A DNA stretch of 64,000 nucleotides from Sminthopsis crassicaudata (Eukaryota), in NCBI RefSeq assembly GCF_048593235.1, contig NC_133618.1, positions 478,523,294 to 478,587,293 on the forward strand, read 5' to 3'. Of this stretch, positions 1-14,228 are shown piece by piece (within the stretch, counting starts at the first letter, position 1; each line of letters starts with the position of its first letter). The notes beneath the pieces are model-generated. The model did not search any database. It saw only the letters and a list, made by a program, of their open reading frames with translations, and was not told the DNA's origin. Both the position numbers and the translations under genes were made by a program.

Positions 1-3000
1 ACTATTCACCCTAGCCTTAGGCTAAATCTTGCAAGAGATATGAGGATTGCATCTCAGGACACTCCTCAAATTGTAAGATGGATCCCTTAGATAAAGGTTC
101 AAGGTAGTTATGGATTTCTATCCCCTCAGAACCATAGTTCATCAGACTAGTCCACTAGAACACACAATGAATTCAAAACAAAAACACTTAATAAAATACT
201 ATAGTAAAAACAATTGCAATAGAACACAGGTTCCTACAATATATATACTATCAGTGATACATACTATCATTACATATGTATCAAAGAGCACTTACAGAGA
301 TTATGCACAAGGTCCCCGCTCTAGGGGAATAGGTATGTGTTGCCCTCTGAAAGCCAGTCAGTGTCTTCCATTTATATTCTCATTGGACCTGCTTCTTGCT
401 GGTTGGGACATTCTAGTGGGCTCATGGCTCCCCTGACAGCTGGCGAATTTTTTTCCTTCTAGCATATTCTTATTCTGGTTCTGTAGTCTCAGTGTACCCT
501 GAGAGCTGTGCAGCATGGGCTGAGTTTTGTTTTCTGCTTTGGTCTTCTTCCAGAGCCACCCAAACCTTTTCAGCTTTACTCTGCTAGGGGATAATGGTTA
601 GAACCTCTCCCTAATAAGAATGGCTCTTTTGCCATTTTTATAACATTGTCCCAATGCTCTGCTAATGAAAAATAAGTGATCCAGGTTAAAGTTAGGTTTT
701 TCCTTTTCAAGCCTTTATTACTAGGTGAACAAAGCCCACTTTTATTGATAATTTCCTAGTTCAGAATATCCTTTCTGTTTGAAAATTTAAATAAATTTTA
801 ACCTGAATGAGGTCAAATGAGAAGACGCATCTCTCCATTAATTATTAATTAAGGACACATTCCTGTCTTTCTTGTGCATAATTGTCGGCAGCAAAGCCTG
901 ATTGCTTTGGCGAGCAAAAAAACTGGAGCCTCTCCATGTAGGAGATGTAGCAATAAAACATTTCTCCTAGACAACTATCACACCTGCTCCATTAAATGAA
1001 TACACTATCAGCAAGGGAAATGACAAAGGTTGGACACGTTTGGAAACCATGGAAATGGAGGACCAGTCTAGATCCCTGAAGCTGCAGAGCCACTGATCTT
1101 CTAGTGATGTCATTGCCCTGCTTCTTTCCTACTTTCTTCCTGTTGATCTCTGAGTGGTGTGGACTCTAATGCCCAGTGGTTTCCACGTGGTTCTGTAAGA
1201 ACCATGGTCACTATTTAAATGTTGACAAGTCACTAAGCAACTAAGGTTGTAGAGTTTATCCTCTGTTTCTACCTTCTGGATTCAGTTGAGAGCCCTTACC
1301 TAATAAGCTATCTATTCTTTGTAGTAGGATAAGTGGGTTCTGCATTGTCTTTTTTTTTTTTTTTTTAGTTTAAAACCTGTAAGATTTTTCAAAATATATT
1401 TCCTTTAGGAAAGAAGAGAACTTTTAACATACTCAGTTACTGGATTAGAAAGGGGATTAAAAAAAAAAAAAAAAAAAAACTTTTTTGGTGAAAAAAATCA
1501 TACTGCTTTTTCCCCCCTCAAGAAAAATGGTTTAGTTCCTCAGAGCTTTGGCTAGAAGGGAGTTTTGCCTCTGAGAAGCTCTTTGCCTTATGGAACAAAC
1601 TGTAAGAAACATAGAGCAGGGTTGCTAACATCTAGCCAATGTCCTCAGGCTTAATTCAATTTTTTTGAATTCTTATTTCTTGGTCATTGAGAGATGAATC
1701 TCTATTAGAGATGCCATTCTAGCTTAGGGCTAGAAAATTTTTGTGTCTTTTTATTTAATTCTCAAGAGGCTATATTGTGCCCTCAACTAATTTCAATGGA
1801 TCATAGGATCATAGCTTCTGACACTAGTGGGACCTCAAAGAATTTTTGCCACAGAGGGTTTAATTCTTTTACAGTGTCTTTGGGGATATGAAATGCTTTG
1901 TGTCTGCTACCCTAATGGTTCTAAGCATGTTCAAAAGTTAAGTCCTGATGGCAAGGTCATGGTCTGTCTCTTGCTTAACTATTCTTCCTAGCCCTTCATA
2001 TATAAATATGATTGCAAAGCCACTACACACTTTGAGCCCACATTACACAAATAACACTTTAATAGAATAAAACTCAGAATTTATGGGAACAAATGAAAAA
2101 TTTGTGTGTGTTGGGGAGATGGGGAAGCCAGAAGAAGAGCTTGTTTTACATTGTAGTCATGTAGGGTAAAGACTTAGGCAGAACTTTTTAGGCCAGTGGG
2201 ATTTAGTTAGAGAGGAGCAATGAGGTCCCAGTAGAATGTAAACTCCTTAAGGACAGGGTCTATTTTAGTTTTGCCTTTTAATCTGTAGGGTTTAGCACAG
2301 CTGCACATAAAAGATACTGAATACAGGTTCCTGGGGTTGAATTGGATTGTGGGTTGAATGGAGGGTATTCTAGGTAGGGAGAGCAGGGAATAGTATCAAT
2401 AATAGAATCCCAGGTTGTTAGACTTCAGAGATCATTCCAGTTTGACTCTTGCGTTTTATAAAGGAAGAAACTGAGATCAGATATGGGAAGCGAGTTACCT
2501 AAATTCACATAGCTGCATCATTCAAACTAGGCCTTCTACCTGCTAACCTAGTTTTAATTCTATATACTAAGTGACAAAGCGGCTGAGGAATAAAACAAGG
2601 AGTGGGATGCATTGGGGAAGGTGAAGACAGCACATTACCTGGATATAGAGAACATTTTCAATATCAGATCCCAGTGCATAATAATTTTCCAGCTATTGGT
2701 ATAGATTTTTATTTTAACTCAAGAAGACAGTATGACTTTTAACATGTACCACAAAATAATATTTTTCTGATTTGCATATTTTAAAGTGGCAGAGATCTGT
2801 AGATTGCTTTGGTCTCTGAATACATGCCTGTTCCTACAACTGTAAAATAGCCATTCACTCCAAGGCAGCACCTATCCTTGAGAAAGAAGATGAGAACTGT
2901 GGGAGGCCAAAGGCCCTCAGAAATAAATTGGTAAGGAATGTCTGCTAACCAGGAAGGTAAGACAGTGAAATAATAATAAAATTAGTCCTGGTGAATCAAG

Positions 3001-3784
3001 CAGTTACAATACATCAGACACCATAGTCTGCAGGGAAATACTGGTCAGCTCAGCCTGGATTAAGTTGAGGCCATAATTGCATTCTAAAGTTAAATTTGGA
3101 AATGGGATGAGGTGGGAAAAGCTGTACTCATTCAATGTGAAATGCAATTGTCTGTCAATTCAGAAACTGAAATACCTGTAGCAAATTGTATTTAAGGTTC
3201 TATTGTTGTAAGGAGATTATCTAATGCTTGATTTTAAGCATAGGCTTCTAATGCTATTACTGCTGGTTAGCTTTCCCTGGCAGGTAACCTTGTAGAGCAA
3301 ATGACTGCAATGCTTGAATAACATATTTGATCAAACAGGACAATTCTTTTAAAAAATTGAGTTCTCTGTGGCAATTTGAGACCTGTAATCAGCAAATTAG
3401 ATGATTACGGCAGGGATAAAAATAGTTCTCTCACAATGTCCAAGGTAGAAATGTGATTTGAATTTCAAAATGTTAAACGGCACAGTAGGGAAACGTGAGG
3501 TTGGGTAAATATGACGAGACATGATCAGATTTGATTTCTCCCTCTCTGCCATAAGCTAGAGCCTAATTGTCTGTCTGCATAAACTCAAATAGCTTTGTGT
3601 CAGAATCAGAGGTTGGAAGGGTATCACCCACTATCCTCTAAAGCCCCAAAACAAGAGACTTCCAATCTTTTGGTGTTTGGGTCTATGAATGATTTATCTA
3701 TTTTACATTAAAAATTTCTCTATCTGTCCCCTTATATCTCCAGAAAAAGTAATGTGCAGAGATGGCCAGAATTAAAGGGATTGT

Positions 3785-5390
3785 TTATAGAATCATAGAA
3801 TCTGAGTTGAAGCACTTCAGAACTCTGAAAATGAACAGGAATCTCCTCTCCAATATCCCTAATGAGAAGACTTTGCTTGAAAACCTCCAGGGAAGGAGAA
3901 CTTAAATCTCTCAAGATGACTTATCCCACTTTTAGACATCTCTAATTGTCAGGACATTCTTCTTTATGTGGAATCTAAATTTCACTGCTTCCACTCATTG
4001 CTCCTCATCTAAACATCAAGATCTGATCAATATGAGTAGAATACCTCTTTTAGGTGACAATTCTTCAAATACTTGAAAATAGTGATTTACTACCCTTTTT
4101 AAGACTTTTTTTCCCCAGGCTTTCTTTTTCTTACTCTTTCCAAGCTTCTTCAGCCTCCCTTCAAAAGACATTAAGGCTATGAATATCCTTCACTATCTAG
4201 TCAATATTTTTCTTAAAGTGTAGTGTCCAGAACTGATATTATTTGGATACAGCAGAATGGAAAGACTCCACCATCTCCATGTACCTAGACCCAGCACTTG
4301 TCTCTCTTAATGGCACCTAAAATCACATTACTTTTTTTGATTGCTATATCACTCTATAGACTCACTTTGAGCTTGTAATCCACTAAAATCTCTAGGTCTT
4401 TTTTGGATAAATTTCTGTCTAGCCATGCCTCCCACATCTTGTACTTGTGAAATTGAATTTTTGAATCCAAGTTTAAGATTTGAAATGTAATAGGAATAAA
4501 TATGTAATTTATTTGTTTGCCTAGATCTTTTTGGATCCTGATTATCATCCAAAGTGCTAGCTATCCTACTTTTAGCTTTTTGTTTTCTACAAGTTTAATA
4601 AACATATCATTTATTATTTTAATGAAGTGGTTGATAGAGATGTTAAATAGCACACTGCCAGCTCATATCTTTGAATCACTCTCCTAAGGTCTTCCTTTAA
4701 AGTTGGCATTAAAGGGGGCAGCTAGTAGGGAAGTGGATAGAGCCCCAGTCTTGAACTCAGGAGGATCTGAGTTCAAATCTGACTTCAGGCACTTTACACT
4801 TCCTAGCTGTGTGACCCTGTAACCCCCAATTGCCTCAACAAAAAGCAATAAATAAATAAGTTGGCATTAAATCATTAATGATGACTAATCCTACCATCCA
4901 ATCAGTTCTGGTTTCACCCAGCCCTCATCTTTCTAACTTATTTACAAGAGTAGTATGAAAGACTTTATCTCAAATGTTTTATTCAAATCCAAGCAAATTC
5001 TATCTATATTCTTGTGCTGGTGAAATCTATAACCAATCTATTACCCTGGCAGACAGAGTATCTATTGGGTTTGGCATTTCCTGCTCTTGACAAAGCCATG
5101 ATGTCTCTATGATCACTACTTCCTTTTCTAGAGGTTCACTGATCATCCTTTTAATGATATACTCTAAAATTTTCCCAGTTATGAAAGTCAAATCCATAGA
5201 ATTATAGTTTGCCGACTATTTTTGCTTTCCTTTATGTGACTATCAAGTCAATTTCTCTTCTCTAGTCCTGGTAGTGGGTCTTCAGTTCTTCCTGATCTTT
5301 CAAAGATCACTGACTGGCTTGGCAATCCCGTTTATTAGTTCTCACAGAACTCTGGAAATCATTCATTTGCGTCTGGTGATTCTCTTCTTT
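3785..5390 (-). mobile_element. Old CR1/L3 LINE relic (interrupted by the WSINE1)
   Basis: atagaatcatagaatc 3'-end motif and degenerate CR1-like body; boundaries approximate. Confidence 0.55.
4714..4857 (+). mobile_element. WSINE1-type marsupial SINE
   Basis: GGGGCAGCTAG...GAGTTCAAAT head and CORE tail; TSD aagttggcattaaa at 4700-4713 and 4858-4871. Confidence 0.85.
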
Positions 5391-5399
5391 TGAACTTCA

Positions 5400-8300
5400 C
5401 TCTATCCAGATTGTGCAGCTGTTATAGTAATCTTTAGGATATTTTCTCCTTTTTTCAAGGAGTTCAGTACCTGACTGACAGTTTTCCACTAGAACCTTCT
5501 GCCCTCAAACTAAGGAGCTTCAACATAAATGTGATGCTTGCTCATACACTTAATTTCCCAATTCTTCAGTCTGTTCAACTCTCATGACTTACCCCTCTAT
5601 TCTACCTCAGTTCCATACAAGAAGGGTCACACCTATGATATTACATTCCCCACAAGTGTTCTACTTCCATGATCAAAAACTCTGAATGCTTTAAATGATA
5701 ATAATTTCCTATCATTTCATCTTTTCCTAGGTCTTACTCCTCCATAGTATACCTATTCCTCATTATCCTTGTGGCCTCCAATCCCTCCACACCTTAGTAC
5801 TTTCCAAGGCCATTGCACCTGGTCTAACCAACATTCCTTCCTTTCCAATCTCAACCCTTTATTAACCATTTCAGTTCAGTTATCATTTGTTCTTGCATCC
5901 CTTGCTCCTTTATCTATTCTATTGTGCCAAGCTCCAAACTTTGATTATTTCTCCCATCTGTCTTCTCTGCTCCTGCTGACATGCTGTAGAACAGAATCAG
6001 AAGAAGTCTTATCTTGCCTCTATATTGACTGAATCAACTACAAATATATACTGTTTAATTTCAATTGAGCCCTCAGTGAAGTAGGCAATCCTTTTACTTT
6101 GGAAGATATCCTTCCAGACATTTTCATCTTTCTTTAATCACCTAATCACCTGCCCTATTTTCATCCTCATAGTCAAGAATCTCACCTTATACTATCCTGA
6201 GAAAATTAAGGTCATTTATCATAAGTTCCCTCTTCTATTTTCTAAACCTCAAAATCCTTTAATATTTTGTATTTTCCATTCTCTCCTCCCTCATCACCAC
6301 TCCCATATAAGATTGTAATACCCTTTTACTTGTTCTTCTTGCCTAATGACTTTCCCTTCTCCAAACCATCTTCCACATGATGACCAGAGTGAAGTTCCTA
6401 AAGTCCTTAAAGCCCAAGTCTGACCTTGTTAGTTTCCTACTCAATAAACTCCTGTGGATCCCTATTTCTCCTAGAACACATATAAACATTTCTGGCTTTT
6501 AAAGCTCTTTATAACAAATTCACACCAGATTAGCTCTCTCAGAAGACTCTCATAGACAAAACTCAAACTCATGTTTCTGTGCCTTATTCCTCTTCCCTTG
6601 ACTAAATGCGTAACAGCCCTACCTTAGTGCCTTAGGAGAGTTGAGCAGTCAATAACCATTTATTAAGTGCTTATTATCTATCAGGCACTGTGGTAAATGC
6701 TGGGTATTTAAAAAAAAAAAAAAAAGGCAAAAGACAATTCCTGCTCCCAAGGAGCTCACAGTCTAATGAGAGAGACAACATGAAAGAAAAAAAAAATAAG
6801 CTATATACAAATAGCATACCAAATAATGGATAGTCCTGTGATGCTGCATATATGGAGGGAGATGCTACTTCTGATTGACTAAGAAATTTCTGAGTCTACA
6901 TAAAGATACATGGTATATGTGAGGGAAATGCAACTTCAGTTTCAGAGATAAGGAAGGAAAGAAAAAAGTAGAGAAGCAGATTCTGACAGACAAGGTGCAA
7001 ACTTTTGAATGGTAAAACTGAATCCCAGAACATGTGAGAAAAACTGAATCCTCAACATGTTTCTTGACTCCCATTGCCTGCTTCCTCAGAGAAAACGTGC
7101 AGATTTCTCCAATGAGATCGTTCTCTTCTTGGTTGAGTTGAAATTTTATCTCACTCTGAAATGAAGAGCCTAATTACTCTTGTGTAATTTATCATTCTGC
7201 AGAACTTCCTTGATTTCTGTTTTACTGTTTATTTTGAGAAGTATTTTTGAGTGCTAATTGTGACTATCTTTTGCATACCAGGTTTTTGGTAGGGTACTAA
7301 ATCAACCAAGATTAAGTTGGTATCCTCCCTTTTAGAACAGGAATTTAATGTTGATCCTGAAATTTCAAAAGAAAATTGTACCTTTAGACTTCAAATATCT
7401 GATATGAAGTAAATAGAGAGAGATGATTCTACTTCAGAACCCCTCTTGGATATTCAGTTACACGCCTCCTTCTACCAGAGGTAAAAATTGCAGTGGAGTG
7501 GGACCTTCCAGATCTAATTAAACAATATATCCCTGTAACTGGGCCAACGTTTAAACTTATTATATGAGCTAATAAATTGGTTACAAATGAATGATTGAAA
7601 AAGCATTTATTACGAGCTTATTACATACTAGGCTAAGTACTGGGGATAGAAATAGAAAAAAAAAAAGGCAAAATGTTCCCTACCCTCAAGGAGCTTATAT
7701 TCTTTTTTTTTTCTTTTCTTTTCTTTTTTTTTTTTTTTAATGATTATTGCTTTTTATTTACAAGATATATGCATGGGTAATTTTTCAGCATTGACAATTG
7801 GAAAACCTTTTGTTCCAATTTTTCCCCTTCTTCCTCCCACCCCCTTCCCCAGATGGCAGGTAGACCAACACATGTTAAATATGTTAAAGTATATGTTAAA
7901 TACAATATATGTATATACCATACAGTTTTTTTGATGCACAAGAAGAATCAGACTTTGAAATAGATGAGCTTATATTCTAATAGGATACATACATATACAT
8001 ACAGCTATATATACATATATACACACATACATATGAGACTTCCTGCATGATAGAAAGATGGAAGCCTTGTTCACTAGACAGGAGCATTAGGGTACCATGA
8101 TGACAGCTGGGATACTGGATTTAAGTCTGATGAGGACAAGAACATAACAGGAAGATGGATGTAGTTCATCAGAATACACCCCCTCCATATTTCAACTCTT
8201 TAGAATCCTTGATCTCCTTCAAGACTTGACTTAAACTCCCCTTTTTGCAGGAGGCCTCTCCTGGTCAGGACTATTATGTGCCTTCCTATTTAGCCTCTCT

Positions 8301-8930
8301 GCTTCAACTCTATCCGTTTCAATCCCATCCTTCACAAAGCTGCCAAAATTATTCTCCTAAAGAACAGGTCTGATCATGTCAAATCTTTTCAGCAAACTCC
8401 AGTGGCTCCCTATTGCCTCAAGGATCAAATATAAATTCCTCTGTTTGACATTTAAAGCTCTTCACAACCCGGCCCCTTCCTACCTTTCTAATTTTCTTTT
8501 TCTTGACTGCTTTATTCCCCTTTCCCCCAGAACTCTTTGATCTAATCATCCTGGCTTACCCACTATTCTGCACACACTATCTCTGTTCCTTTGCATAGGC
8601 TGCCCTTTATGCCTGGAATGCACATCCCCCCATGCTCCCACCCCTTACCTTTGCCTCTGAAAAACCACAGTTACCTTCAAGACTCAGCTCAGGGACCATC
8701 TTTTTCATAAAGCTCCACCAACTACTAGTGCAGCCCTGTTCCAAAATGACCTTGTATTCCCTTTGTATATAGTTGGTACTATAGATGAACGCACTAGTCA
8801 ACCTCATTAGAATGTAAATACTTTGAGGACAAGAACAGCTTTATTTCTATCTCTGGGTGACCTCAGCTGTTAGCCTAATGCCCACTCAGCAAATAGTAAG
8901 TGCTTAATAAGTGCTTCTTTGGTTGGTGGA
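5400..8930 (+). mobile_element. Cluster of L2 fragments (sense pieces about 5400-6650 and 8190-8930; antisense tails about 6650-6800 and 7590-7700)
   Basis: L2 3'-end motifs (aataagtgctt; catttattaagtgctta...ggcactgtgg). Confidence 0.5.
7704..7965 (-). mobile_element. Short L1 3'-end insertion within an L2 tail
   Basis: Poly(T) plus L1 3'UTR similar to 21100-21270; TSD gagcttatattct at 7691-7703 and 7966-7978. Confidence 0.85.
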
Positions 8931-10334
8931 ATTGAACTCATTAAGAAAAGCCAGGTAGTCTCTTACTATCTCAAATCCATTGTACTAGCCCAGGAAAGAG
9001 TCAAGAATGTATTATTTACTGATTAAATAAAACAATTGAAAATATTTGTGGATATCTTTCAGGAAAACTAGGGAAACTGGCATCTAAAAGACTCTATGGC
9101 AGAAGATGCCCTACTAGGAGACAGCTGTGCAATATCAGTTATTGTTCACTAAAAGTCCTAAGAACATACAAATGATAGTAGCATCAGAGCTCCACATTCT
9201 TCATTTAAAAGTTTTTTCCCTCCTAGAAAAAATATTTATATGGGCTTCTTCCTATGTTGATTTAAGTTCTCTTTCCATGCATAAGATTTTAAGGAAAGAC
9301 TGCTGCTCCCAAAAAAAGCAATTTCAGGAGTATTGACTTTTTCTGTTGCTAAATTCTCTTCATTGCTTCTTTAGTTCTCCCTTGCTCCAAAACTGGATAA
9401 TTTGAAACTTAGACCTAACTAGTCTGCATTGTATTGGCACAGTCCACTCTGTCTAGACTCCTGATTATATTGTCCTTATGGCCAATGCTTCTAGGGTTGA
9501 TTTGAGGGTTATTTAATTTTTAAAATTTGGAGTTCTAATGTTGAAAATTAACTTCTGACATTGGTTCTTGTCTTATGCCATGGATGTAGTATTTAAAAAA
9601 TATATTTTATCAATACTATTTTCTACCTTATCACTGTCACTTCTAGTGCCTTGGTATGGTAGACAGAGAGTTGTTTGCAGTTCAGATCCTGCCTTGGAAA
9701 CTTACTATATAACCCTGGCCTAACTTTTCTATTTTTCTGTTTGCTCATATGCAAAAATGAGTGGTCAGGGTTCAATAATTTTTAGGACCCCTTTTAGGTC
9801 TAAATAAATGAGCCTATGATTCTTTCTGTACTCATCTCAAAGAAATATAGTCAGGGAAAATGAATCAATGTATTGGCCATGTCTAAGAAGGCTTTCTCTA
9901 CTTTGTAGCTATAGCTCATCACTTACATAATGACAGTCAGGTGGCACATTTTATCCTAAGTCCTCAGAAGGCATGGCTAGTCACTGCCTAAAGTACTAAA
10001 GCCTTTCCACTTTGTTTTACTTTACAATATTGTGATCATTGTGTAAATCATCCTGGTTCTGTTTTGTTTATTTTACTATATACCATTTTGTACAAAATAC
10101 TCTTCTCAAAGTTTTCTGAAATTTTCATATTTGCTTTTTCTTATGTTTGAATAAAGTTTATCTTATCTTACATTCATATACCACAATTTGGTCAGCCATC
10201 CTCCAGTCAATGAACAACCACTTCTTTTTTCCAATTCATTACTGTTGTTATTTTATTGTTCAGCTGTTTCAATTATGTTCAATTCTTCATGATCCCATTT
10301 GGGATTTTCTTGGCAAAGATAGTGGAACAGTTTT

Positions 10335-10510
10335 CTATTTCTTTCTCCAGCTCATTTTACAGATGAGGAAACTGAGGTAAACAAGGTTAAGTGACTTGTC
10401 TGAGGTCATACAGCTAGTAAATACCTGAAGCCAGATTTGATCTCAGGAAACTAAGTCTTCCTAACTTCAGCCCTGCCACTCTATCTGCTACACCACCTAA
10501 CTGCCCCTTC
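10335..10510 (-). mobile_element. MIR/CORE-SINE (others at about 12260, 12930, 32020, 37270, 42080, 45340, 45600, 46250, 54120, 57290, 59850, 62000)
   Basis: cattttacagatgaggaaactgagg CORE motif. Confidence 0.75.
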
Positions 10511-11317
10511 CAATTCATTAGTTACATGAAAAGTGCTAGACTTTTCCCTTTATTTTTTTACTTCCTTGGGATACATGGCTAGTGAGATTTCTGGGTCATA
10601 TGAACATACTCTTTCATTTGACATTTTCATCATTTTGTGATAGACTTTATTTTAATTGCTCTTTCTTGCTTTCTTAGGTCTTCTACTTTACATCTTAAAC
10701 ACCCCAAAGTTAGAATAGGAAAAACCTTAACAGAGGCCATTTCTTAAGGACTAATTTTTCACCCAAGAAGATGAGGAATAACTAGAGAACTTACTAATAC
10801 AGAGTCTTCTCTTCCTGCTTCCTCTGGCCTGTTACACAAGGATTCTTGGCTTTGGCTGATGTGACACCATCTTACTCTTGTGGTCATCAATAAGCTGAAT
10901 TCTCCTCCACAAAATCTGAAAACAGTCATCCATCCAGCTAAATGAGCTTTAGAATTCCCCATTTCTTCTCTTCAATATGAGTTATGGAAGAGCTGTGGAT
11001 CTAATTCCAATAGAATCATCATTAACTTCTTCCTTTTTTGGTAAACTAAATGAAGTAATGCAAACTCACTCCTGTTTATTGATAGTGCTTTCTCTCCTTC
11101 CCCAAACTTCATGTTTGTCTATATTCTGCCTATACTTGCCTACACACATGTTGTATCCCTCATTAGGATGTTTCCCAAATATTCATTTTCAGTGACTACT
11201 TCCCTATAATCAGTTGCCAGAACAATTAATATTTCCCCAGCATCATTTACTAGTTGATATCACCTTGATGCCACCAAAAAGTAGCTGATGGTAAATTAGC
11301 TTTCAAAAAGGAATGTT

Positions 11318-11465
11318 TAATATATTGGATTACTTGCCATTTAGGGGAGAGGATGGGAGAAAACGGAGGGAGAATTGAAAGACAAGGTTTTGCAAGGGTT
11401 AATGCTGAAAAATTATCTATGCATGTTTTGAAAACAAAAAGCTTTAATTAAAAAAAAAAAAAAAA
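11318..11465 (+). mobile_element. Short L1 3'-end insertion
   Basis: L1 3'UTR plus poly(A); TSD aaaaaggaatgtt at 11305-11317 and 11466-11478. Confidence 0.8.
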
Positions 11466-14228
11466 AAAAAGGAATGTTCACTGAGAAGTTAAAGCAAAAA
11501 CAGAAATTCAAACACAATCCCTTTAACCAGGAGCATACTTCTCCCTTTTCACTTTGATTCCTAGAATTTTAAATTTAGAGTAGTTTGTGACATTCTTCTT
11601 CCCAGGAAGATCACATTCAGGTGTAGTGTAGTTGAAGAATGAGTTGCTGCCTTGCATGTAGGACATAATATCTTGATAGCCAGGTGGATCCACTGCTGAA
11701 TGGAATTCATTAGCTTGCTCCTCTGAGCTATTTCTTTCCCATTCTTGGTTAGCTGCTGTTCTGATCTTCCAAAGCTCACTAGATCCTTCTGTTTCAGTAT
11801 TATTTCACCCAAAATAAGAAAGAATGAATACAATAAGCACAGAAGACTCAACAAGGCTATGCACTCATTAGCTATGGGATGGTCCAGGTGGGGAGATAAG
11901 GGCTTGAGGCCTCTTGCCCTGTCAAGCAGGTTTATAAAATCTCTTTCCTTCATAACCACCAGGAAAAATAGAGTACAATTTGGCCTGTTTTTGCCTTTTG
12001 TATATACCCTCGATACCAAATTAGCATCCAATTAAAAGGCTCTTTTTTTTTTTTTTTTAAATACTATTCAATGAGTAGATAGGAAACAATCACAGATTAT
12101 CTATGTCTGCTAAGAATTGGGGGTAGGGCTTATTCTTGATGTATCATCATGTATTTCCAGAAACAAGCTCATCATTTGATAGGTAGTAGGCTGAACAGCT
12201 GCACAGGAGGCTAGTCCTTTATGTTATCTCAGTTGAGTTTTATCACAATCTTCCAACTTGGACTATTATTATCCTCATTTTATAGATGAAGAAATTGAGT
12301 TTGCTTCATTTCACACAGCTAATGAGACCTGCTTCTGATGTATTCCTCCTGTGTGACCTCCAACAAATCATTTAAACTCTCTGAACCTCAATTTTCTCAA
12401 CTCTAAAATGAGGGGATCTGACCAAATGGCCGATGAATCACTTCCAGCTCTAGAGCTATGACCTTAAGTATTGGAGGACAGATTTAGAACCAGATAACTG
12501 ATAACTCTCCATCCCCTCAATTCCAACTGTCTTTTGTTTAAAATATATATATACATACACGTTTCCTGTCTAGTAAGACTTGTAATATTAGTTTTGACCA
12601 ACTTTCTTACACAAATCTGCTTTTTAAATAGTCAAAATATCATTGATAATGCACACTGTTTTTCTTACTAACTACATTGTACTCCAAGACCAAGAAGACT
12701 GCTTCTTAGGTTATTTTTAGACTTCAAATATCAGCCTCTTTTCTAGAATAATTCAAAGCAGCACTATTTTTTTTTTCATCTTTTAAATGAGTGATTTGAA
12801 CCAGATAATTTAAAAAATGCTTCCAGCTCTATAAATCTATGTTTTTATTATTTCTAGCTCTTTACAACTCACCTAGGTTGGAAGTATAAGGACTAATTTA
12901 ATAGCTATACTTACTATATGTCAAATACTACACCAAATACTTTATAATTATTATCTCATACTTAGGAGATAAGGGCTATTATTATTCACATTTTATAAAT
13001 AAAACTGAGACAAACAGGTTAATTGATGAGCTCAGAGTCACACAGCTGATAAACTGAGTCTGGATATGAACTCAAATCTTCTAAGATCCAGGGCAAAGGC
13101 TCTGCCATTGCAATACCTCACTATTCTCAAAAGCTTTGAGCTGTTCTGTTTACAAGCTGGACCTTCTCTGGAAGCTTTAGGCAACTAATTCTAGCTGGTT
13201 ATCAATGGGAAGGGGTGTTCTAAGCAATGATACTAGAACTCTTAGGGAAGAATTAGCATTCTTCTGGGGATCTGACCCAACAATATGAATGGGACTTAGA
13301 GAAGTAACTCCTTGGAGGGGGAACATAAAAGTCAAATAAGTGATGAATCACCATCAAATCTTCCCAGGGACTTACTATATTGATGCCAGACATAGTATAG
13401 ACCCTCTATTGGCAGAGTCCCCTGTCCTGAACTGAACTCCTGAACTGAAAAGATCCTTTTGCCTCAGCCTGCCCCATATCTAGGGGTGATAGGTATACAT
13501 CTTCATACCTGGCTTTTGTGATTTATTTTGAAGCAAAAACACTCAATAGATTCGTCTCTTCCAGTTCCCTCTGAGCTGCCTTTCTTATACTAGTCATCTG
13601 TGGAACTGTCTTGCCTCAGTAGATTTCAATTAAAGCCTGCAAGTTGAATTGAGTGAATACTTTTTTTCAACTTGGCTTTTTAAAGGTTCAATGATATTGG
13701 TGCAGAAAAAAAACAAAAAACAAAAAAACAAAACAAAAAAAAAAAACCTGATCATTTAGAGATTATAGTAAATATATTTTTTCACTGTCAATTTTTCTCA
13801 AAAGAAATAAAATATTTTTACTATTTGTTAAAAGTTTTCATAAAGTAGAGACTGAGATCCACAGAACCCCAAAACCTCCCTTTAATTATTTGATTTCATC
13901 CATCCATGCATTTAATGTTCTTTACTAGCTAAAAGAATGATTAAGATTTGGCCATGTAAATTTCCGCCTTCAAAAAATTAGGGTTCCTTGAGATAGAGAG
14001 GTTTATGAGAGATAAAGTGGATACTTTTGATTACATGAAATTAAAAAGGTTTTGAGCAAAACCAATTCAGCTAAAATCAAAATAAAAGCACAAAACTGGA
14101 GTGGGGGAGAGGGGAATATTTGCAGCAAATTTCTCTGACAAAAGTCTCATTTCTAAAATATGTGGGGATATGAATCAAATTTGTAAAAATAAGAACCATT
14201 TCCCAATTGTTAAATATAAAAGAATATG

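Noticed and set aside
4714-4790. tRNA-like A/B boxes in SINE heads
   Set aside because: Part of WSINE1/MIR retroposons, not tRNA genes.
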